A stretch of 64,000 nt of DNA from Cycas panzhihuaensis (lineage: Eukaryota; Plantae; Cycadophyta): assembly GCA_023213395.1 (NCBI GenBank), contig CM041465.1, positions 71,307,741-71,371,740 of the forward strand. The letters run 5' to 3'. Positions 39,728 through 52,410 of the stretch are shown here, one piece after another; position 1 is the first letter of the stretch; each line of letters begins with the position of its first letter. The position numbers and the translations under genes were made by a program. The notes beneath the pieces were generated by a model. The model saw only the letters and a list, made by a program, of their open reading frames with translations, was not told the origin of the DNA and searched no databases.

Positions 39728-40799
39728 AAAGGTGAAGGTTCTGAAGAGATAACATATCAAAGTGGTATAATAGAAGTAGGAAGTAGGATAAAGCAAGTTG
39801 ACAAAGGATGTTAAAGACCATATATATATAGTAATTATTGATGTAGAAAATATGATAGCCTTATATTCTACCTAAGTCAATATGTATGCCCAATGTGAAA
39901 CTAAGATCACATCTAGATTGACATTCTATAAGTTTAAAAAATAAGAGTATTAAAGAGGAGAGCTCAATCAAATGACAGTGAAATGTGTGTGTCACTTTTA
40001 TGTGATATTATAGTTCTAGGGGTTTAGAGAAGTTGAAGGATAAAAAATAATAAAAAAGAGAGGGGTTCATCTGATTAAAAAGAAAATAATAGCATTAGGT
40101 TTTCATACAAATATTTTCTCCATAGTAAGATGGGAATGGCCATCCTAAAGTCTTTAAAGCTAACTATTCGCTCCTTTAACCAAGGATTATTAGGTGGTCT
40201 CCCCTAATTAATATAACATAACCCTTCTAGAATCACCACCTCTTACCTTAATAATAAACTCTAAGGAAGACCATAAGATGCTTAAAGTAATAATGAATAG
40301 TATAAATAGTGGTAAGATAAAGTCCCCTTATGGTCTCTATAAAGGTGTCACTCAACATGGTCTCTATAAAGGTGTCACTCAACCAGCCACAATTTCATGT
40401 CATGCTCCTAAAGAGCAAGTATCAAGTCAGATTACTTATTCTTTAATGCCTCTATAACTATCAAAATTACTTAATAGCCTAGATTTTTATGGATAGGACC
40501 TAACAGATAAATTGCACCCACATGATCACACACTTACTAAGGGTCTTAGTCTAATAATTTATTGGTAAAAGTAATAAGATATTATTTTGACTCTATAAAT
40601 ACCTAAGGTACATCTAAGGATTATAAGGAATAATGATAAATCAATAAAGTAAAAACACTTTGATTACAACACTTCATTTTAAAATCTAGTATAATAAAAG
40701 TCACAACCCAAGACACAATGCAAACATATATGGACGAAAATATGAGGCAACACTGAGGACTTGCTAAATCATGAATTTGTTATCTATGTTGGTATAATA

Positions 40800-40803
<4 letters not shown>

Positions 40804-40884
<81 letters not shown>

Positions 40885-40903
40885 ATATATACATACATAT
40901 GTC

Positions 40904-40981
<78 letters not shown>

Positions 40982-40990
40982 TGTGTGTGT
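40804..40990. repeat. Compound (TA)n/(TG)n microsatellite
   Basis: Direct reading. Confidence 0.97.
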
Positions 40991-41458
40991 ACACTATTTT
41001 AGGTTATATTTGTATGTATCCCCTTGATATTCCAACCATAAACTTGGATCAAATATAATCTCATCGAATATACTTGTATTCCATCTCACCATCTCATTGA
41101 ACATTGTGTCATTTTTATATTTTAATATAATAAGCATTGTGTTGCCAAGTTTTCTCTATTGGGAGTTTCCCATGATAAATCTAGTGTTTGAGTATTCCTT
41201 ATGCACATTCCTAGTGTGTAATAATCATTGCCTCTAGGTGGCTTAACATTAGGATTGCAACCTACATATACATAAATCCTAACATGGTATCAGTGCTAAA
41301 GAAAGTAGGGATGAATGATTTTATCATTAACTAGTCAAACTTGAATATTAGAGATCTAGAGATTGTGTTGCCATTGAGAAAAGAGGCCATCTAGAGTTGC
41401 CAAAAAATATTAGGTACTTTATATGCTTGTTACACCAACATTAGAAGTAGATTAATAA

Positions 41459-41630
41459 TGTTGGGCATCAATTGAAGTTATATAATAATGTTAGGCATAA
41501 ATTGGGTGCTATAAAGTAGTGTTGGGTAAGATTTGAAGATGTTGGTCAACGTTTGGTAGTGTTGGGCATCAATCAAAGCTATATAATAGACTTAGGTATA
41601 TTTTGAAGAAATTTGATATTATTGGGCATG
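41459..41630 (+). repeat. About 30-bp degenerate tandem repeat in Copia leader
   Basis: TGTTGGGCATCAATTGAAGTTATATAATAA-like units. Confidence 0.7.
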
Positions 41631-43620
41631 AAAAATCATCATTTTGCATTAAGAAACTCAAGTTCCTCATCTGTGGGAAAGATTGCATCCTTGTTTAGAG
41701 TTTTTCTATTTATTAAATGATTGTTGGACAACATCAAGTGATATTAGAAAGAATTTCATTGGTATATATTGGTTAGTACTTAAACCAAGCAAGTTTAAGG
41801 AAGAATTTACCTTTGTTTGGCTTTGTTTTGAAGTGGTAATCACTCATAGAAGCCTGTAATTGACTTGTGTATGACTAGAGTTAGAATTTACTGAGATTGG
41901 AAGCTATTTGCAAGTGTATCAAGGGTGTGAAAGCCCAAGCAGTCCAATGACCTCACACAATAGTTATGACCTATCCAAATAAATTGTTGATCAACAATTA
42001 AGTTGATTAAATGTATTTGGTCAATTCTTAAGGTTATTTTACCTTATTCAATGTCAAAGATCATTGTTTAATCATTTTTTAAATTACATGGTTAATTAAT
42101 TAACCAAATTAGATAATAAAGAGCCACCTCTATTCAAATTGAGTTATGTCTCAAATTATAGAGATATATATTGCATGCAATAAGGTTAGAAATCTTACAT
42201 GATGTATAAATTTATATTTTAGCCAAATTTTAAGGTAGTTGAGTTCAATGATAGTCGCACGATCTTTGGAGGCATTGCCCATTAAAAAGAATATTTTTTT
42301 TAATATTCTAATCTTAATACAACTAATAACGTTTGAAAAGAGATGATCAATCCTTTTTTAAAGCATATTACATTAGTTATTTGGTGAGATTCCACCTAGA
42401 ATCGACTTAACAATACATAACATCCCCATATATATTATATTACATTTGCCAAAGGAGTTATTGAGTGTTAAATGGTATTTTAATATATTTAATACTTTTC
42501 GTTGATGTTAAAAAGCATATTCTTGATGGAAAGTATGTGTTATATACTCATATTTCTTAGTAGAGTGGTATATAGAGTAGTGATTTAAGCTTTCTAAGGT
42601 GATAATTATTACAAACTAAGACTTATAATTATGTTTGGCAATTAAGTGGAAGCAAATTTAGAGTGCCTATAGATAAGTCAAAGTGATGGGTGCTAGAACT
42701 ATCTTATTACCATAAGTAATCTTTGATGACAATAAATTTGAGGAGTGGAAGTCCAATATAGAACTGATGTTGATGGTCTAGGAGTTATGGAACTTAACCT
42801 GTGAGGCTTCACCCAAGAAAAAAGAAGAGAAACATGATGTTGAACTAGATAAACTCACACAAAGAAAGTAGCTTCATGCTACTAGTCTATTGAAGCTCTC
42901 ATTTGCCCTGAATTAGAGGGTACTTATCTATAAATTGAATATGCCATATGACATTTAGAAGATATTATATGACACATTTTAAAAGAAGAAGACAAATTGT
43001 TTGGTCATCTTACTAGGTGAATTGTTCAACTCCTACATTAAGGATGAGAGCCATATCAACACCTCTTTGAATAAGTTGATTGATATCAAGAATAAACTGG
43101 AAAGAACAGAAGAAGACCTAATTAGTGATAAAATCTTATTCACACTTATCATAAATAAGTCGTTGGTGCTCTATAACACCTTTTAGACTATGTATAATGC
43201 TGACAAGTGTTATAAGATATCTCATTTTAAAAGTGTTAGTGTTACTGATCATCACCCCACTCCCACCTTTTTACCAGGAGTGCACACCCCATTCCCACCA
43301 ATTTACATATGTGGGTGCTCACATGTGAAGGTAAGTATAAGGTAAGGTTAAGTTGATTTGATTTAATTTAAATTAAGTTTATTTGAGTTAAGTTATATTT
43401 TATTGTTGTTTGAATTTTAGAGGTTGAGGAGTTTCCCTCCTCCCCCAAACTATATATTTGGAGGGATGTGAAACCCTGGTATTTTTAGATACCGCCTACT
43501 TTTGGACATTTGTAATGTTCTCTCTCAAAGATGGATTGAATACAAAGGATTTTCTATTTTATGCAACAATGCATTGATCATGTATTTATGCTCTACCCTA
43601 TTCTCCATTGTTTATTTTTC

Positions 43621-43702
43621 CTATATTTGGTATCAGAGCTAGGTTTAGCTCCTATATTTAGTATTAGAGCTTGGTTTAGCTCCTACATTTGGTATTAGAG
43701 CC
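43621..43702 (+). repeat. 31-bp tandem units containing tRNA-iMet-complementary PBS sequence at the LTR 3' end (also 55236-55302)
   Basis: CTACATTTGGTATCAGAGCT(A/T)GGTTTAGCTC units start at 43621, 43652 and 43683. Confidence 0.9.
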
Positions 43703-43889
43703 AAAGGTTGCTGACTTGTTGAAGTTTTTTGAAGAGCAAGAATATCTATTAGAATTTTCAGGCGGATCCACTCACAACAAAGAAATATCGGTTATATTTA
43801 TCTTCTACAAAGTTTTTTTAGCAGTGGCTTGCATTATTTTTTATCAAATCTGATTATTCTTAATTTATACTTATGAAATAACAAATATT

Positions 43890-44380
43890 TTTCAGATATG
43901 CTTTTAGATCTATGTAGGAGCATAGCTGCAATCAGTAAGTATTCAAGTTTTTATCACTCTATAAAGGTTTTATTAACAAGTTTTACATACTTTTATCAAA
44001 TATTTGACTATTTTTTGGCATATTTTATCTATTTATTCAATACTTTTTTAAGATCTATGTAGGAACATAGCTGTAATCAATATTTATTCAAGTTTTCTCT
44101 AGATCTATGCTTTATATTCTTTAGATCTACATATTTTATCAAATATTTAACTATTTTCTAGTTTATTTTATTTATATATTCAATATTTTCTTTAGATCTG
44201 CAATGTTTTCTCTAGATCTATAATATTTTCTTCAGATCTATAATATTTTTCTCCAGATATATAATATTATTTTTCAGATATATGTAATATTTGCTTTAGA
44301 TCTACATATTTTAACATATATTTGACCATTTTTTACATATTTGATCTATTTGTTCAAGTTTTTCTTTTAGATCTGTGCAA
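43890..44380 (+). repeat. Degenerate AGATCT-containing tandem repeats in the leader
   Basis: Repeated TTTTCTCTAGATCTA motifs and duplicated blocks of about 140 bp. Confidence 0.7.
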
Positions 44381-44770
44381 GATTTGGTGCGTATTCAGCC
44401 TAATAAGTCTCCTCGAGAAATTATACTACAACAGATCCGTCTACTAGAAGAATCTAAAATCCATTTTCTGTAAATCTACCACAGCTGCATTACCAGGTTC
44501 TTCCTATTTTTCAGATATAAACATATATTTTCTCATTTCTTTGATGTATATCTGCCCTAGTATATTTGAAAGATCTCAGATACAAATATATATACATTTT
44601 ATTTATTTGATATATTTCCTTCATCCAAGACTTATTCTATCATCTCTCTATCTGCCAAAGTAACAGATCTTCCATATAGTTCTTCTAGTATAGAAACAAT
44701 ATTATTAGAGAGACCAAAAGATAAGAGGGAAGTGTATGCTTTTAGATAGACCTTCTTGTATTTTTCTCAT

Positions 44771-44850
44771 AAGCTTTGAAGTTCCCCAAAGCAAGCTTAG
44801 CATTCGAACACTCTGCATGGTCTCCTCAAGCTTCTGCATGTCTATCATCA
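44771..44850 (-). pseudogene. EF1B: Captured fragment of translation elongation factor eEF1B (beta/delta) GEF domain
   Basis: Minus translation IDMQKLEETMQSVRMLSLLWGTSKL vs recalled plant eEF1B TDMKKLEEAVRSVQMPGLLWGASKL; most differences are single C>T/G>A changes. Confidence 0.8.
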
Positions 44851-46200
44851 TCATTGTATATTCCTTCATCATACATTTTGATATTTATAAGTTTACTTTG
44901 TATGCACTTTTTTTTTTATATACATAATAGGAAAAGGCATGGTGCTAGTAGCTGACTAAAAATTTCTAGGCAAATTAGTGTTCAAAGATTTTATACTGGT
45001 CATTGTAGCTACAAGGTTTGCCACCACCACTACTAATGTAACATAACCCCACCTTTCTTTAGCATTAGTGAGCAGGAACCACCAATAAGGATTAAGGTGT
45101 TTATTAAGATGTGTGTATGGACTACTAAGCCGTCCAATAAGATGTAAGGCTGTTAGAGCCACCAATAGAATCATAAGGATGAAGACCCTTACTTATGTAT
45201 TTAAAGGGTTAAATCACTTGTAATGTCATTAAGTATGGTATCTTGAAAGGGAAAGTACTTCGGTACTCATTTTGGTGATTCACTTTCTGTGATCTGCTTG
45301 CATACTTGCATTATTTTGGGTCCATTTTCTGCTAATTTTCGCACCTACAAGTCTAGATTTTTGAGAAGGAACAGTCCAAGTGGTATTAGAGTTGCGTTCG
45401 TAATCATGGGAAGCTACCCAGAAAAGTAAATTTTTTTTTCCTATATGATTGAGTACTCTCTCTACCTAGGTAGAGATTGAGGAAAGACTTTCACTTAGTA
45501 CTCTCTCTAAGGAGATTGAGGAATGGTAGCAGGACAGAGTAGAGGTCGCAAAGTGAAGGGGGGTTCTTCCTTTAGGTAACATAAGTAATTTATTTCTTCT
45601 GCTTTCAATTCAATTTTTAGTTTTCTTTCTCTACTTTTAGTTATATTTCAAGGGTAGATAACACCATTAGGCAACTACCCTTTATTTCCCCTCCCACATC
45701 TCCTTCCCAGGTAAATAACACTGTTGGGCATCTACCCAAGTAGTTAGGTAGAGACCCTTTACTGGGGGTTTTTAAATATCACAAGGATCTGTCATTCTGG
45801 CTAAGCACATCATGGTTTTTTTGCCCCTTGTGTGAAGAACTGGAGATAACACTCTTGAACTAAGCCCTAGACAGAACCTGGCTATGGAAGTGCATACCTT
45901 CAGGTATATAGGAGGACCCCCTTTAGGATCCTAAACCCTCCCTAGTACAGGTAAACTATTAGCAACTAAAGTTTTGTAATGCAGTGGTTAGCAGTTAGTA
46001 CTACAAAGTTACCTGCCCAAACTTCTATATCAGAAGTTTATTGGCAGGCCTATAAGACCAAGCATACCTCATCTTTCAGTGGGTAGAACACATTTGATCA
46101 TTCCCACCCTGCTTCCCTTGCCCTAGTCTTAATTAAGATCACAAGCTACTTACTGCCTAAATTCAAAACTTGTCAGAACAGTCAAGCTTCCAAGACTAAT

Positions 46201-46201
46201 A

Positions 46202-46233
<32 letters not shown>

Positions 46234-46258
46234 AAAGAAAAATAAAAAGAAAAAGAAA
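46201..46258 (+). repeat. A-rich tract in chromovirus leader
   Basis: Direct reading. Confidence 0.9.
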
Positions 46259-46632
46259 TTACTCTTATAACTCATATACCTCAATTTGATCAGCATATCG
46301 TAAGATTCATTTTGCACTAGGTTAGTTTATGCCCCCAATTTTCACTCTTTTTTATACCTGAGCCACTAGTGGGCCTAGCACTTCAAATTCACCTTAAAAC
46401 TCATACACCCCATTTTGATGAGTTTTTTGTGCTCGTTCTAGTGGGCCAAATATCTTGCTTATGTAATTTGGGGTCAATAGGCTATAGACACCCCACATCC
46501 CCTTATTCGCCCCTTCGTTCCCATATAACAACTCCCTATTCTTATATCCTATTCTTTCTTGCTCTGTCCCGTTTCGTTTATTTCCCTTCTCTCTACTTGT
46601 TCCCGCTTCTTTAATCCCTTTCTTCAGCTCCA

Positions 46633-49600
46633 ATGGCAAAAACTCAAACAGAGAAAATTTCTGAGTTAACCAATGACTTGTCTAACTTCAAAACAGAAGT
46701 CAATAATAGACTCAATAGCATACCTACCAAATCTGACCTGGATGTCGCTAGGCAAGAGATTCTCAGTCAGCTTCAGCAGTTGTTGCCACCTCAACTCCAA
46801 AGCACAGGAGCTTCTAACTCAACACGCAACCAACCTCCCCCTTCTCAAGGAAGCAATACACCTATAGGAGGTTCTCCACCACGACAACCCTTTTTCCACC
46901 ATAAATTCAACATCCCTACCTTTGATCTAGATGTAAATAGAGAGTACACTCGAAGTTGGATTAACAAGTTAGAATCCTACTTCACCCTTCACCTAATGTC
47001 AGAAGAGGACCAACTCTTATATGCTTCCATTCACTTAGATGTTAAGCTCACCATTGGTTTAACTGGTGGAAGCGAGAATAACTCTCTCACCAAACATGGT
47101 CTCACTTCACTAGTTGTTTCTTTGAATAATATGAAGATACATGGAGTCAATCTTTCTTCACACAACTCACTCAGGTTAAGTAGACCTCAACTGTAGAGGC
47201 TTATACAGATGAATTTCAAGCTTTATATAATCGTGCACCACAAAGCCAAAACTTGGACAAACAAATTGTGATTGATATTTATATGGCGAGACTCCAAGAC
47301 CGTATTTAGATGAGATTAAAGACAATGGCAATCTACTCCCTTAAGGAAGCTTTCAAGTGGGCCCATGCAGTAAAAGCTGAGTTTACAGCAGATAGACCCT
47401 CAAATTTTCATCGGGATAACTCTTAGTCCTCATGCACTTGACAATCAGACTTACAATGACCTCAGCCTTAATTTGATGATGTCTCTTATCCTCAAGTTGA
47501 CTTCATATGTCCTCGGCCATGACAGGATGATTCCACCTGCCCATCTACTGATCGCCAGAATGATGACACATCTGCCAAAAGAGTCCAAATTTCTCAAGCT
47601 GAAGCACAATGTCGATTAGAGGCTGGACTTTGTATGCAGTGTGCAGAAAAATAAACTTTCGGGCATGGTCATTTTTGCAAAGCGCGATATATGGTTTTCT
47701 CCATTGACCCATCCCTCTCCCTTGATGATCCCTCTGAATTTAACTCTGACCATCAGGCTGATGATAAAACCCATGGTGAACCTATACTAGACCCCCACCC
47801 TGAAGTATCTATATCTGCTGTCACCACCTCCTCCTGCCCTGAACCCTTAAGAGTTAGAGGCATCCTTCATAAGACTCCAATGTCTATCTTGACCGACGGT
47901 GGTGTGTCACTTAACTTCATTGATATTTCGATAGCCAGACAACTCATTGTCCCAAAAAATAGCTTCACATGTTCTCTACTAGGGTACCAGAAACTCCATT
48001 ATGCAGGTGTTATTAAAAACCTCCAAGTCCAAATTAGCTCATACCTTTTGGTGTCAGATTTCTATGCCTTGTCAATAAGAGGATCCGATGCTATCTTAGG
48101 GATTTAATGATTGCAAATACTAGGGATCTATAGCACAAACAACTTGCCTATAAATCCATTCATTGCCTTTAAAGACCACATGGGTTGAAATCATAAAATT
48201 TATGGAATGCAATCCCCCCCTAACCAAGTGGTCTCTCCTGGATGTATGAAATGTCATCTTCAATCTCACCTGGGGTATATAGTCCATCTCAATAATATTC
48301 AAATCGTACCACAAATTCATCCACACATTGAGGATGTCATTAGCCAATATGAACAAGTCTTTGCCCCTCTGCCTGCCACTACCCCTCCCGATCATGGTTT
48401 TTATCATACAATTAACCTTCAATCTAACCATGACCCTATCAGCCTTCGACCTTACCATAATTCATACTTCCAAAAGAATGAAATTGAGAAACTCACAAAT
48501 GAGCTCCTTGACATGGGAATAATCTAACCAAGTAAAAGCCCTTATGCAACCCCAATTGTCTTAGTTAGGAAGAAGGATGGCTTCTTTCACCTTTGCATTG
48601 ACTATAGGGAATTAAATAAGATTACCATTAAAAATAAGTTTCCCACCCCTTGCATAGATGACATGCTGGACGAAATCCATAGTGCAACCATTTTTTCTAA
48701 GTTAGACCTCCAATCTCGGTACTACCAAATACCAATTGCCCTACAAGATTGCCACAAGATAACATTTCACACACATCATGGCAATTTTAAGTTCCGTGCT
48801 ATGCCCTTTGGCCTTTGCAATACCCTGACAACCTTCCAAGATCTCATGAATAAAATCTTTGATCCCTACCTTTAAAAGTTTGTCATAATTTTCTTTGATG
48901 ACATTCTTATTTATAGTGCCTTCCTGGGTCACCATATCCAACACCTAGAAATTGTTCTCTAAATATTATAAAACCACCAACTCTATGCAAAACTATCTAA
49001 GTGTGAGTTTAGATAATCAGAACTCAATTATTTGGGTCACATCATATCATCAGAAGAGGTATGTGTAGACCCTGATAAAATATCGGTCATCACAACATGG
49101 CCAACACCTACCACTCTTACCCAACTACGAGCATTCCTTGGGCTCACTAGTTTTTATCGATGCTTTGTATGTAATCATGCTGCTCTTACTGCCCCATTAA
49201 CCAACCTCCTTCACAAAGAGGCTTTCCAATAGTCTCTAGAAGCGAATGTTACCTTTTCTCACCTCAAGGTCATAATGATCTTCACTCCAGTCCTTATCAC
49301 TCCTGATTTTAACCAACCCTTCCAACTTGAATATGATGCTTCAAGGTTTGGTTTAGGTGCAGTCCTAATGCAAGACTCTCATCCTATTGCATTCAAAAGA
49401 TGAAAATTAAAATATCACGAGCTTTGTCTCTCTACATATCAGAAAGAGATGAAGGATATTCTTCACGCTATTGATAAATGGTGGCAATATCTCTTAGGCT
49501 CTAAGTTCAATATTCTCACAGATCATCATAGCCTCCATAATTTATTGACTCAGCCAGTCTTGTCTGAAAAATAATCTAAGTGGGTTTAGTGATTACAAGT

Positions 49601-51130
49601 CTTTGTCTTCTCAATAGCATAGAAAAAAGGTAACGACAATATAGTGGCAGATGCCCTTTCACATCTTCACCATGATGATAATATTCCTAACCCAAGCCTC
49701 CATGCCATTAGCAATCCCCAACCACTTTGGTTTGATGAACTATGCATTGAAAACCAAGCCCAACCAGACTATCATAATTGGAGAAAATAAAAGTTCTCAC
49801 CCATAAAGGTTGGTCAACCTTTAACAATCACCTCCTCTACCATAATCATATCTTTGTCCATCCCTCCTCCTCATTCATCCCTAAATTCCTAACAAAATAC
49901 CACTCGTCCCCCCTCGGTGGCCACTCTAGCTTTGATAAGACTTATCGACAGATTCATGAAGATTTCTTTTGGCCCCATACAAAGACCACCATATTCACCT
50001 TTGTATTAGAATGCAACACCTACCAGCAAAATAAAGTAGAGACCAAACCTCTCCCTGGCCTTCTCTAACCATTAAATATTCCTTAAGGCAAGTGGTAAGA
50101 TATTGCCATGGACTTCATCATGAGCCTACCTCCATCTACTGAGTTTGACTCCATTTGGGTAGTCATTGATTGATTAACCAAGTACTCACACTTTCTCCCA
50201 GTGCACACCTCATATTCATCCTCCTGTGTCACTGACTTATATGTCTAATTCATATTTCACCTCCATGGCTTCCCATCATCTATCGTTTGTGACTGAGACC
50301 CTAAGTTTATTAGCTCCTTTTGGTAAGAACTCTTTAAGACTATTGGAACCTCATTTAACATGAGTTATGCCTATCACCTACAAATAGATGGCCAATCTGA
50401 GGTTCTAAACAAAACTTTAGAAACTTATCTGCATTGCTTTGCTTCAAAACACCAAACTAAGTGGACCTCATGGCTTGCTCTAGCTGCGTATTGAGATAGT
50501 TCTTACCATCATTCTACCATTGGTATGTCTCCCTTCTTGGCTCTTTATGGCTACCACCAACCTTCCCACTATACCTTAGCCACAAACTTTCAAACAACTT
50601 CTGTGTAATAAAAGCTTCAAGAAATAGATCAAATCTTGCATGCTCTTTGACAAAATTTAGCCACTGCCCAAAATTTAATGAAGCAACTTACAAACCACCA
50701 CCGATCCAATCGATCCTTTGATATTGGAGATCTAATATACCTTCGCCTCTAACCTTATAAGTAACAATCCCTTAAGTCATATCAAGGACATAAACTAAGC
50801 CCCCACTACTATGGCCCTTATAAGATCCTGCATAAAATTGGTGAAGTTGCTTATGCCCTTGAACTCCCCCCAAATACTAATATCCATAATGTTTTCCATG
50901 TGTCCTGCCTAAAAAAATACCTTAGAGCTAAAGTTACACCCCATACAACCTTACTCATTCTCTCTAAAGAGCAAACTCTTATATTTCCTCCTAATAAAAT
51001 CCTTGCCAATCGCCAATGCTACCTCCGGAATCGCACTATTTTTGAACACTTGGTATAGTGGGTTAGCTGCGATGCAGATGAAACTACTTGGGAATCCAAT
51101 GAGTTCATCCAACAACATCCTCATCTCAGA
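46633..51130 (+). pseudogene. Chromovirus gag-PR-RT-RH-INT-chromodomain, multiple stops
   Basis: LTDGGVSLNFI; FSKLDLQSRYYQI; FFDDILIYS; HSSPLGGHS; YHLQIDGQSEVLN; HLV*W..DETTWE. Confidence 0.95.
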
Positions 51131-52070
51131 GGGGGGGACCTATAATATAACCCCACATTTCCTTAGCATTAGTGAGCAGGAGCCACTAACAAGGATTAAG
51201 GTGTTTATTAAGATGTGTATATGGACTGCTAAGCTATCTAATAAGATGTAAGGCTGCTAGGGCCACCAATAGAATCATAAGGATGAAGACCCTTACTTAT
51301 GTATTTAAAGGGTCAAATTACTTATAATGTCATTGGGTATGGTATCTTGAAAGAGAAAGAACTTCGGTACTCATTTTGGTGATTCACTTTCTGTAATATA
51401 CTTATGCACTTGCATTATTTTAGCTTCATTTTTTGCTAATTTTTGCACCTATGAGTCCATATTTCTAAGAAGGAACAGTCCAACTAATACCACACCCCAT
51501 TCTAAATCTATGGCTCAAACTTCCTAAAGAAAAATAATAGACCAAAAACAACCAGCCCCCTTGATGTACCTTATCAATATTAATAGGCCGTGTCTCCACA
51601 TTATCCACAGGTAATAAATCTTTATATGGCTGCTCTACTTCTACAATTCTTCCACTACTTACTTTCTTTTAACTCGTGCCATGAGAAGAGAGTGACTTTG
51701 ACTCTTGTCCACTTCTACCATCAGTATGGGTCTCTCCATCTCCATTTTACAGTAGTGATTCTACCCTTGAAGTCTGTCTTTGCATTGAAGCTTTAACAAC
51801 ATCAGCATATTTTCTCTGAATATCGATGCACAGAACAAAAAACATTTCTATAATAGCAATTGAATCCTATCAATCTGACGTATTTTTTACAGAAACTGCA
51901 GTGGTTGGGACTTTATTTTAGTTTTTCTTACACTTCTCCCTCACCTATTTCATCCAAGAATCCAACCATGGATTCTATAACCATAGTTTGTGTTTTTGCA
52001 TGATCAGTTAACTTGATGGAAGGTTTAGAAACCAAGACTAGCATATTACTATAATTATTGTTATTGTTAT

Positions 52071-52410
52071 CTCTATCCCACTGAGAAGAAGGTGTACTCC
52101 ATTTAGCTAACTACCATTGATCTGAAGAACTAGCAGTCGGCCCCTTCTGATAGTTAGACGAATCATAACCCTTCCCAGCGTGTAAGTAGTCATCAGAGTA
52201 GCTCGGCATCCAAGACCTAGTGCATTGCTAACTCCAAGGCTGAATCGTCCCAGTTGCAGGCCACTTTGGATTATGCCTGTGGAGAAGGTGCAATTGATTG
52301 TCAGCAAATTCAACCTAGCGTGCCTTGTTATAATCCCAACACGCTAGAATCCCATACTTCTTATGCTTTCAATAGCTACTATCAGAAGAATAGGTGGGTG
52401 TCTAGAACCT
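52071..52410 (+). pseudogene. Captured fragment of a GH17 glucan endo-1,3-beta-glucosidase: GH17 C-terminus, linker and X8 (CBM43) domain
   Basis: One frame: LYPTEKKVYSI..SASKT*CIANSKAESSQLQATLDYACGEGAIDCQQIQPSVPCYNPNTLESHTSYAFNSYYQKN. Confidence 0.93.

Larger units (their letters stand above)
45037..51482 (+). mobile_element. Structurally complete Ty3/gypsy chromovirus nested in the non-autonomous element
   Basis: 342-bp LTRs 45037-45378 and 51141-51482 (about 11% different by manual count); TSD ACTAA; PBS TGGTATTAGAG 45381; PPT AGAGGGGGGG. Confidence 0.96.

Noticed and set aside
40761-41027. ORFs rich in YI/CV/HT
   Set aside because: Translations of microsatellites.
44930-44960. AG|GAAAAGGCATGGTGC (EKAWC) as a second X8 exon start
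   Set aside because: Immediately followed by stops, with no further X8 similarity.
45380-46258. A-tract as the tail of a SINE or retrocopy
   Set aside because: No convincing A/B boxes or TSD; A-rich tracts are common in LTR leaders.
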